From contig JBCCQY010000001.1 of the NCBI GenBank assembly GCA_039208735.1, forward strand, positions 96,001 to 160,000: a stretch of DNA of 64,000 bases, in the 5' to 3' direction. Numbering within the stretch: position 1 is the first letter of the stretch; every line of letters begins with the position of its first letter. Shown here in pieces: positions 56,624 to 64,000 of this stretch. The translations under genes were made by a program, and so were the position numbers. The notes below the pieces were generated by a model that was given only the letters and a program-made list of their open reading frames with translations, had not been told where the DNA came from and ran no database searches. The DNA is from Myxococcota bacterium (GTDB lineage Bacteria; Myxococcota_A; UBA796; GCA-2862545).

Positions 56624-57861
56624 GCATGCTGGTGGCCATGGCCTGGCGCAATCTCTGGCGGCACTCGCTGCGTACCGGCCTCACCGCGCTCGCGATGGGC
56701 TCCGTGGTGGCCATCGTGATCTGGCTGTTGTCGCTGCAGGCGGGCATTCGCGACACGCTCGAGCGGGTCGGGGTCACCGAGTCGATCGGACACGCGGTGA
56801 TCCAGCATCCCGACTTCAGCCGAACCCAGTCGCTGTACGACACGATCGACGATGCAGAGGCGTTACTCGCGAGCCTCGACGACGCTCCCGGGACCGTCGC
56901 CGTCGCTCCCCGCGTGCACGGCAACGCCCTGCTCGGCGGCGAGGCGAAGACGGTCGGCGTCGTCTTGCGGGGCATCGACCCCGTGCGGGAGTACGCACTA
57001 ACGGGGCTTGACGCGCGCGTGTTCGACGGCGAGGCCCTTGCGGCAGACCCCTCGGGGGGGATTCTACTCGGCGTCGATCTTGCGTCGAGCCTCGACGTCG
57101 CTGTGGGCGAGGAAGTGGTCGCGGTGACCGAGGACGCCCAGGGGGGCCTCGGCAACGCGCTCTACACCGTCTCGGGCATCCTTAGGACCGGCGACCCCAT
57201 GCAGGACCGATCGGGTGCGGTGCTCCACATCGCCGACCTGCAGTCACTGATGGCGATTCCGGACGCGGTGCACGACATTGCGCTTACCACAACTGCGATC
57301 GCGCCCGAGGTGGTCGAGCCGTGGCTCGACGGGCTGGCGTCGACCCTGGGGAAACAGGAGCTGCGGGTGCGTCCCTGGTGGGACGTCTCGCCCGCGCTCG
57401 CCGAGATCCTCGAGCTGCAGTCGGTGGTCATCCTCGTCCTGTCGTCGATCTTTCTCGGCATCGCGGCTCTCGTCGTCGTGAACTCGCTGCTCATGTCGGT
57501 CTACGAGCGAACCCGGGAGTTCGGCGTGCTCCGCGCCCTTGGGCTCCGGCCGTTCCGACTCGTGGGCATGGTGTTCATCGAATCCGCGTTCATGGGTGGC
57601 CTCGCCTCGACGGTGGGGTTGCTGCTCGGCGGGCTCGTGGTGGCCTGGATGACGACCTACGGACTCGACCTATCGGTCGGCGACGGGCAGGGCTTTCAGT
57701 CCGGCACCATCAGCTTCGACCCGATTATCTACGGCCGGGCGACCCCGGCCGTGCTGTTGGTTCCGATCGCCATCACGTTCGTGTGTGCGCTGTTCGCGGG
57801 GGTGCTGCCCGCGTTGCGCGCGGCCAGCGTCCAGCCCATCCAGGCGCTGAGGGAGGGGTAA
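56620..57861 (+). CDS. FtsX/MacB/LolE-type ABC permease
   Basis: AWRNLWR...; SVYERTREFGVLRALG. Confidence 0.92.
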   Translation: MSMLVAMAWRNLWRHSLRTGLTALAMGSVVAIVIWLLSLQAGIRDTLERVGVTESIGHAVIQHPDFSRTQSLYDTIDDAEALLASLDDAPGTVAVAPRVHGNALLGGEAKTVGVVLRGIDPVREYALTGLDARVFDGEALAADPSGGILLGVDLASSLDVAVGEEVVAVTEDAQGGLGNALYTVSGILRTGDPMQDRSGAVLHIADLQSLMAIPDAVHDIALTTTAIAPEVVEPWLDGLASTLGKQELRVRPWWDVSPALAEILELQSVVILVLSSIFLGIAALVVVNSLLMSVYERTREFGVLRALGLRPFRLVGMVFIESAFMGGLASTVGLLLGGLVVAWMTTYGLDLSVGDGQGFQSGTISFDPIIYGRATPAVLLVPIAITFVCALFAGVLPALRAASVQPIQALREG

Positions 57862-59102
57862 TGTTGTTTCGACTGGCACTCCGCAACCTGATGCGCAGCC
57901 CCGTCCGCACCGTGATCGCCTCGTCGGCCACGATCATCGGTCTCGTGCTCGCGCTTTTCGCAACCTCGATGGAGACCGGGCAGTGGGACACGGTGCTCAG
58001 CGCGAGCATCGGTGCCGCGGCAGGCCACGTGGTCGTCCACGCTCCCGGCGCGCTCGAAGACCCGGGGCCGGCCCGGCATGTCGCCGACGCTTCGGCGGTG
58101 GTCACGTCCATCGAGGCCGCGGTTCCCTCGGGCTCGGCCGTAGTGCCGCGCATCTCACTTGGGGGACTCCTTACTTCCCCCAAGAACCGCGTGGCCATCG
58201 GGCTTCGAGGGGTCGATCCAGAGCGCGAGGGTCCCTTCGTTCGGGTTGACGATCTTGTCGATACGTCGAACGGTGGAGGCTGGCTTGAGAACGGTGACGA
58301 ACGGGGCATCGTCGTAGGCAGTGGACTTGCGGAGAAGCTCGAGGTCGGACTCGACGACAAGGTCGTCTTCATGGGCCAGGACAGCGACGACGAGATCGCG
58401 AGCCGCCTCTTCCGGATCCGGGGCGTCTACACGACGGGTAACGACTTCGTCGACGGATTTACTGCCTTCGCGACGCTCTCGGCGGCGCAGGAGTTCCTCG
58501 GGGCGGGCGACGCGGTGACCCAGATCGCGGTGCAGCTGCCCCGCTCGGGGGGAGAGGCGGCGCTGGCGAACACGCTGCAGGCCGCTCTCGGCGACGGGGT
58601 CGAAGCTCGGACTTGGAAGGACGTACTGCCGCTGCTCGACGAGCAACGTCGGCTCGACGAGGGTTTCTCCTATGTGATCTACTCGCTGCTGCTCGGTGCG
58701 GTCGCCATCGGTATCGTCATCGTAGTGTTCGTCTCTGTGCTAGAGCGATCGAGGGAGTTCGGGGTACTCATGGCTATCGGGATGAAGAAGCCGCAGCTGG
58801 CCCGGATGGTGCTCCTCGAAGGCGCCATCCTCGGGGTGGTGGCGACGGCGCTTGGCATGATCGCGGCGGTGGGGGTCGTGATGGCGATCAACGCGTCGGG
58901 TGGCATCGACTTCGGCAGCGTGGTCGACAACGCCGTGCCCGTCGAGGGCGTCACCATCGACCCGGTGCTTCGGCCGGGCATTGCGCCGTTCAAGTTTGCC
59001 TTTTTCGGGACAGCGACCGTTTTGTTCTCCGTGATTGCGACCCTCTGGCCGGCCTGGCGGGTGCTGCGGATGCAGCCCGTCGACGCAATGCGTGCCGTGT
59101 GA
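57861..59102 (+). CDS. FtsX/MacB/LolE-type ABC permease (second)
   Basis: LALRNLMR; SVLERSREFGVLMAIG; TAATG coupling. Confidence 0.92.
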   Translation: MLFRLALRNLMRSPVRTVIASSATIIGLVLALFATSMETGQWDTVLSASIGAAAGHVVVHAPGALEDPGPARHVADASAVVTSIEAAVPSGSAVVPRISLGGLLTSPKNRVAIGLRGVDPEREGPFVRVDDLVDTSNGGGWLENGDERGIVVGSGLAEKLEVGLDDKVVFMGQDSDDEIASRLFRIRGVYTTGNDFVDGFTAFATLSAAQEFLGAGDAVTQIAVQLPRSGGEAALANTLQAALGDGVEARTWKDVLPLLDEQRRLDEGFSYVIYSLLLGAVAIGIVIVVFVSVLERSREFGVLMAIGMKKPQLARMVLLEGAILGVVATALGMIAAVGVVMAINASGGIDFGSVVDNAVPVEGVTIDPVLRPGIAPFKFAFFGTATVLFSVIATLWPAWRVLRMQPVDAMRAV

Positions 59103-59839
59103 ACCGGAACTCGCGATTCGCTCTTCTCCTCGCCTCGGCCTCCGCGGTCGTCGGGTCGCTGCTGTTGGTGAGCGGGGACGTGCTCATGCTCGGGCACGAG
59201 GTCGACGAGGCCGCGTTTCCGATGTTCGCGACGACCTATGCCGATCGGATCAATCCGGAGGTCGCCCTCACCGTCGCCTCGGGCTCTCCCGAACGTCAGG
59301 GCCTGGCCTCGCTGCTGCTTGCCGTGGCGCCGGTGTTCTTGCTGCCGGGCCTCTGGGCCGCCCGGCAGACCCTGCGCCGACCGCAGGGGTGGCTCGAGCA
59401 GGGCGCGTTTTGGCTGCTCGTGGGGGCGACGGCGCTGATGCCGTTGCTCCACGCGCGGTTCTTCTTCGTCGGGGAGCACCTCCGCGCGCTGGCCGCGGTG
59501 GATCCGTCCGCCCATCCCGTCCTGCTCGACACGACGGATCGCCTGCTCGAGACCTACTACACGGGCTGGGGCATCGCCTTGCTCGCCTGGTTCGGCGGCT
59601 GGGCGACGTGGCTCGTCGTCGTCGCGATGGCCCGGACCACGTTTCCGAGAGCCGCCGCGCTGCTCACCCCGATCGGGTTGCTTCCCCTCGTCCTAGTGGG
59701 GCTTGGACTGCTTCCCGACGCCCTTGGCGTGCCGCTAGGGCGGGCACCGGCTTCGTTGGCGACCTCCGGATTCTTCACGGTTCTGGCCGCGCACGTCCAG
59801 ACGGCCCGGTTCCGACGCCGTCACCTCGAGGCGTCGTGA
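59099..59839 (+). CDS. multi-pass membrane protein
   Basis: About 6 TMs; GTGA overlap with permease. Confidence 0.7.
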   Translation: MNRNSRFALLLASASAVVGSLLLVSGDVLMLGHEVDEAAFPMFATTYADRINPEVALTVASGSPERQGLASLLLAVAPVFLLPGLWAARQTLRRPQGWLEQGAFWLLVGATALMPLLHARFFFVGEHLRALAAVDPSAHPVLLDTTDRLLETYYTGWGIALLAWFGGWATWLVVVAMARTTFPRAAALLTPIGLLPLVLVGLGLLPDALGVPLGRAPASLATSGFFTVLAAHVQTARFRRRHLEAS

Positions 59840-61053
59840 CGGGCCGCCGCCCCAAGCCGCACGATGCCCCGGATCGTCTGATTCGTAGAGATGCCCTCGG
59901 TCAGCGTGCCGTCCGTGCCGAGCCGGAGAAGCTGGGAGCCGCCGAAGTCCGGCGCATTGTCCACCACATAGTAGGTGTCGTCGAACACGAAGGGCGTCGC
60001 GAAGCTGTTGCCGGGGGGGCGGGCATCGACCCGACGGAACGACGGTGGGTCGAACTGGTCGATGAACCCCCAGCTCCAGATGGGGCCACTCGTGATGTCG
60101 CCCGTCGCGAATGGCGGCTCGGGCAGCGCCGAGGGGTCGGCGACCCTCGCCCAGGCCTTGTCGTCAGCGACGAACACGAAGTTGCCGGTCGGGTCACCGT
60201 CGAACAGATCGGCTGCAGACAGGACGGGTGTTTCGCGCGAAGTGCGGGTGACCGGATCGTAGGCCATCACGCAAGACTCTCCGGCGCGCTCCCCCTCCGA
60301 CGCGATGCCTACCGCGGTCGAGAAGCTGCCTGTGCCGAGCAGGAGTTCTCCCTCGGCCGTGAGGCGGCTGTGAAGGGCGTAGCCGCACGTCTGGACCTGG
60401 GTGACATCCGAGATCTCGCCAGTCACGGTGTTGGTGGCGAAAACCAAGCTGATCGGTTCAACAACATCGATGACGGAGCTCGCGAAGCCGACCGTGCTGT
60501 AGATCTCGTCGCCCAACCGGTGGGTCTCGTAGCCGAGGACGGGCAGCAGCCCGAGACGCGGCACCTGGTCACGCGGTACCATGACGATCTCGCGCAGCTC
60601 CATCGCACTCGGATCCCAGATCCGGAGTTCCCCTGCGGCGGGGTCGAACAGGTAGGCCGTGGTCTCGTCGATGCTCTGGAAGTTGCGGCCTACGAAGAGG
60701 CGGGTCTCGGTGAGCAGCGGCAGGCCGAGTTCCGCTTCGACAGTGAACGACCGGTCCGCGCCGATTCGGTAGCGGGTGATGCGGGGCGAATCGCCGGCGA
60801 GCACGTACAGCGCCGAGGGGTCGAAGGGCGTCGTGAAAAGCGCACCGTTGCCGTCGAGGGGCAGGCTCTCGCTCAGATCGAGCTCGATCGGAGCCAGCAG
60901 GTCGTCGACGAGCACGACCGCGCTCCCGCCGTCCCCCTGGATGCGCACCACCACGGCGAACAGCGTCTCCGACAGCTCCTCTCCGACCATGGGGGGCGAC
61001 TCCTCTTCGAGCGTGCATCCCCCCAGCAGCAACCCAGTGAACCAAGCGATCAT
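59821..61053 (-). CDS. MxcI-like beta-propeller lipoprotein (iron-uptake associated)
   Basis: Lipobox LGGC; ITRY.I, AYLFD...IWDPSAME pattern; iron-island context. Confidence 0.65.
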   Translation of the reverse strand: MIAWFTGLLLGGCTLEEESPPMVGEELSETLFAVVVRIQGDGGSAVVLVDDLLAPIELDLSESLPLDGNGALFTTPFDPSALYVLAGDSPRITRYRIGADRSFTVEAELGLPLLTETRLFVGRNFQSIDETTAYLFDPAAGELRIWDPSAMELREIVMVPRDQVPRLGLLPVLGYETHRLGDEIYSTVGFASSVIDVVEPISLVFATNTVTGEISDVTQVQTCGYALHSRLTAEGELLLGTGSFSTAVGIASEGERAGESCVMAYDPVTRTSRETPVLSAADLFDGDPTGNFVFVADDKAWARVADPSALPEPPFATGDITSGPIWSWGFIDQFDPPSFRRVDARPPGNSFATPFVFDDTYYVVDNAPDFGGSQLLRLGTDGTLTEGISTNQTIRGIVRLGAAARHDASR

Positions 61054-61106
61054 TATGACGTCCTCCAGAATCCAGGTTCACCCTCACGCGACGCGGAGCG
61101 TATGGC

Positions 61107-61838
61107 ATGACTGCAGCCTCCGACCGACCCACGGGCCACGTGCTGATGCGTGTCGAGAACCTCGGCGAGGCGATCCGGCAGGCGATCGACGCCGGGTTCC
61201 GGGTCTTGCCGGGCTCTCCGGGGCCCGATCCCCGCAACGGCCTCATCCACCTCGCCGACGGGTGGTTCCTCGAGCTGTTCCCGCGGCCCCGGCTCTCTGC
61301 CTGGGTCCGTGTTCCGCTCGAAATCGCGCTGCGCTGGTGGCGGCCCGAGGTCGTGGCCCGGTTCGATCAGTGGACCCGAGGCGAGGCGCCCGCTGTCGTG
61401 GACTGGGCGATCGACGTGGATGACGTCGAGGCCGCGCACGCGCGACTGGGTGACGTGCCCTGCGGAAAGAGCATCTCCCTGTCCCGCAAGCAGGTCGACG
61501 GATCGATGACCCGATGGAGGCTCGCTGCTCCGCGGGACCCACGCCTGCCCTTCCTGATGGGCCCCTACGTGGGTCACGTGCCCGTCGAGCCGTGGCAGCA
61601 GCATCCCAACGGGGCGCGTGCCCTGTTGGACGTCCCGCTTGTCGAGGGCGCGGATCCCGAGGCTCTGGCGTCGCTCCTGCAGCGCCTCGGCCACTCCGCC
61701 AACGTGGGTCCAGACTCGGTTCGGCTCGGCGCAATCCGGATCGGTCATGGTCCGCTCGTCATCCGTACGGTGGGCGAGGCCCGCACGCTGCAGGTCGGTG
61801 GGCACGTCATCGAGCTGCAGTCCGACAGGCCACGGTGA
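61107..61838 (+). CDS. VOC (Glyoxalase_3-like) protein
   Basis: HVLMRV..L, GF.V.PG, NGLI.L.DG.FLEL, W.LA.P....LPFL. Confidence 0.75.
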   Translation: MTAASDRPTGHVLMRVENLGEAIRQAIDAGFRVLPGSPGPDPRNGLIHLADGWFLELFPRPRLSAWVRVPLEIALRWWRPEVVARFDQWTRGEAPAVVDWAIDVDDVEAAHARLGDVPCGKSISLSRKQVDGSMTRWRLAAPRDPRLPFLMGPYVGHVPVEPWQQHPNGARALLDVPLVEGADPEALASLLQRLGHSANVGPDSVRLGAIRIGHGPLVIRTVGEARTLQVGGHVIELQSDRPR

Positions 61839-61953
61839 GCGCGGCTCCCCAGAGCAGGTTGGTGAGTCTCGACATCAGGTTCCTCGGGCAAAAAGGGTGG
61901 GCAACGGTCGGCAATGGCCCCGACCACAACAGTGGCGGACCGGTCTCCATGTT

Positions 61954-61978
61954 GAAAACGATTTTCAATATCATTATT
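61954..61978 (+). promoter_or_regulatory. Fur box upstream of heme ABC operon
   Basis: GAAAACGATTTTCAATATC (61954-61972; 14/19 to consensus) followed by ATTATT. Confidence 0.8.
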
Positions 61979-62018
61979 GCGCGTCCGACCGACCCCGACC
62001 TCGGCCACAGGAGTCCCG

Positions 62019-62915
62019 ATGAAGCCGTCCGTTTTTGCTCACTGGCTGATCGCCCTCGTTGCGGTGTGGCTGACCCTCCCGCAGGCGTCGCTCGCGGGCA
62101 AGGTGACCGACACCACCGGGGCGAAGGTCGAGGTGTCGTCGCCAGAGCGAATCGTGAGCCTCGGGGGTGGCATCACCGAGCTGGTCTTCGCGCTCGGGCT
62201 CGGCGATCAGGTCATCGCGGTCGACGCGAGCAGTGTGTATCCCCCCAAGGTGTTCGAGCTGAAGCGGCTGCCCTATCACCGCCAGCTCTCGGCCGAGGGG
62301 ATCCTGTCGCTGCAGCCCGACCTTGTCGTGGCGAGCGATGCCGTGGGCCCCGAGGCCGTGGTCACGCAGATCCGCGACGCGGGCCTGCCGATCGTACGGC
62401 TACCCTCCGACGCCACGGTCGAGGGGGCGAAGGAGCGCATTCGGATGCTTGCCAAGCTGGTCGATCGTAACAAGCAGGGCAAGCAGCTGGTCGGCGACAT
62501 CGACCGCGCGCTCGACAAGCTCGCCAAGCCCGCTCCCGCTCCCCGCGTGGTGTTCATCTACGCCCGTGGCGGGGGAACGCTCAACGTGGCCGGCCTCGAC
62601 ACGGGCGCCGGCCGAATGGTCGAGCTGGCCGGGGGCGTCAACGCGGTCACCGGCTACACGGGCTACAAGCCGCTCACCGCAGAGTCGCTGGTGCTTGCCA
62701 AGCCCGACGTGTTCCTCCTCACATCTCGCGGGCTCGAGTCGCTCGGCGGAACCGAGGGCCTGCTCGAACAGCCCGGCGTCTCGCTGACCCCGGCGGGACA
62801 GAACAAGCGCATCGTGGTTCTCGACGATCTACTGTTGCTCGGGTTCGGGCCACGGGTCGGCGAGGGCGTGGTCGAGCTCGCGAAGCGTCTGGGTGACCCC
62901 GACTTCACCCCATGA
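62019..62915 (+). CDS. hmuT: heme ABC transporter substrate-binding protein
   Basis: RIVSLGGGITE, DASS.YP, YHRQLSAEGILSL.P, LGFGPR. Confidence 0.9.
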   Translation: MKPSVFAHWLIALVAVWLTLPQASLAGKVTDTTGAKVEVSSPERIVSLGGGITELVFALGLGDQVIAVDASSVYPPKVFELKRLPYHRQLSAEGILSLQPDLVVASDAVGPEAVVTQIRDAGLPIVRLPSDATVEGAKERIRMLAKLVDRNKQGKQLVGDIDRALDKLAKPAPAPRVVFIYARGGGTLNVAGLDTGAGRMVELAGGVNAVTGYTGYKPLTAESLVLAKPDVFLLTSRGLESLGGTEGLLEQPGVSLTPAGQNKRIVVLDDLLLLGFGPRVGEGVVELAKRLGDPDFTP

Positions 62916-63964
62916 CGAATGACCCGGCGCTTCGACGCACACTGGTACTGGGGGGGTTGGGCGCACTGTGGCTCGGGCTGTGCGTCTGGTCCGCGGCCTC
63001 AGGCGCCGTGCCGATTCCCAGCACCTCGGTGCTCGCGATCGCGCTCGAGTCGCTCGGTCTGCCCGGAATCTGGGAGGTCGACGAGGGGCACCGGGCGGTG
63101 GTGATGTCGCTGCGCCTCCCGCGGATCGCCCTCGCGTCGTTCGTGGGCGCGGCCCTCGCGCTCGGCGGTGCCGTCATGCAGGGGCTGTTCCGTAATCCCC
63201 TGGCGGCACCGGGGCTCGTCGGCGTGTCCACCGGCGCGGCACTGTTCGCCGCGCTGTTCATCGTGCTCGGGACCAGCGCGGGCTGGCTGTACACCATCGG
63301 CCTGCCCGGGTCGGCGTTCATCGGCGCCACTCTGGTCTGCGTGTTGGTCTTCCAGCTCTCCACCGTCGATGGCGTGACCTCGGTCACGACGATGCTGCTA
63401 GCGGGCATTGCCATCAATGCGCTTTCGGGCGCGCTCACCGGCATCCTGGTGTTCGTCGCCGATGACGCGGCGATTCGCAACCTCACGTTCTGGAGCCTCG
63501 GCAGCCTTGGGGGCGCGACGTGGCAGGGGCTGCAAGTCCTGTCGTTCAGCACGGCGCTGCCCGCATTCGCCTGCCTGTTCCTGGCCGGCCCACTCAACGC
63601 GCTGCTGCTCGGCGAAGCCGAGGCGGGTCACCTCGGAGTGAACGTGGAGCAGCTCAAGCGTTTCGCCGTGTTGCTCGTGGCCCTGATGGTGGGTTCGTCG
63701 GTGGCGACGACGGGCGTCATCGGCTTCGTGGGCCTGGTGGTGCCCCATCTCTGCCGGCTCGCGCTCGGTCCTGACCATCGCACCCTGCTGCCGGCAAGCC
63801 TGCTCGCGGGGCCTGCGCTGCTCGTCGGTGCCGACGTGCTTTCGCGCACCATCGTGGCGCCCGCCGAACTGCCCATCGGCATCGTCACCACGGTGCTCGG
63901 GAGCCCCTTCTTTCTCTGGTTGCTCCTGCGGAGTCGGGGAGGCGCCGGTGGTCTCGGGGAGTGA
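62912..63964 (+). CDS. hmuU: heme ABC transporter permease (FecCD family)
   Basis: LRLPR, QGLFRNPLA.P, FWSLGSL, GFVGLVVPH, ELPIG. Confidence 0.92.
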   Translation: MTNDPALRRTLVLGGLGALWLGLCVWSAASGAVPIPSTSVLAIALESLGLPGIWEVDEGHRAVVMSLRLPRIALASFVGAALALGGAVMQGLFRNPLAAPGLVGVSTGAALFAALFIVLGTSAGWLYTIGLPGSAFIGATLVCVLVFQLSTVDGVTSVTTMLLAGIAINALSGALTGILVFVADDAAIRNLTFWSLGSLGGATWQGLQVLSFSTALPAFACLFLAGPLNALLLGEAEAGHLGVNVEQLKRFAVLLVALMVGSSVATTGVIGFVGLVVPHLCRLALGPDHRTLLPASLLAGPALLVGADVLSRTIVAPAELPIGIVTTVLGSPFFLWLLLRSRGGAGGLGE

Positions 63965-64000
63965 CGTCAGCGTGGTCCGGGGCCGACCGATCCTCGACGG
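63948..64000 (+). CDS. hmuV: probable heme ABC ATPase, N-terminus only (truncated by window edge)
   Basis: VVSGSDVSVVRGRPILD, typical ABC ATPase start, overlapping the hmuU end. Confidence 0.55.
   Translation, partial: MVSGSDVSVVRGRPILD

Noticed and set aside
59035..61110. 691-aa + strand ORF, and similar long ORFs such as 53871..55418, 44339..45829, 37644..39188, 6580..7971
   Set aside because: Arg/Pro/Gly-rich shadow frames overlapping well-supported genes; typical of high-GC DNA

Overview
High-GC bacterial chromosomal window. The gene content (caspase-ECF sigma-anti-sigma module, TIGR02996-LRR protein, DT/DA-repeat and vWA lipoproteins, MxcI-like protein) suggests Myxococcota; this is inference. 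It holds about 60 CDSs, mostly lipoproteins and envelope or regulatory genes, plus one tRNA, three pseudogenes and a probable Fur-regulated iron/heme island at the right end (about 53-64 kb). I saw no CRISPR array, rRNA, prophage or intact IS. Most notable: (1) a co-oriented run of CtlX-like amidinotransferase, animal-PAD-type protein-arginine deiminase lipoprotein, HEAT protein and APC/USP/EIIA permease; (2) an ECF42-type sigma factor fused in frame to an IS5-family transposase N-terminal domain; (3) a tRNA-Ile with the rare UAU anticodon; (4) an exported caspase/ECF/zinc anti-sigma module with recurring K-G motifs; (5) a Fur-boxed ABC permease fused to a catalytically dead M1-aminopeptidase-like domain. 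All family calls come from motif recognition by eye, not database searches, and several start codons were re-chosen by hand.
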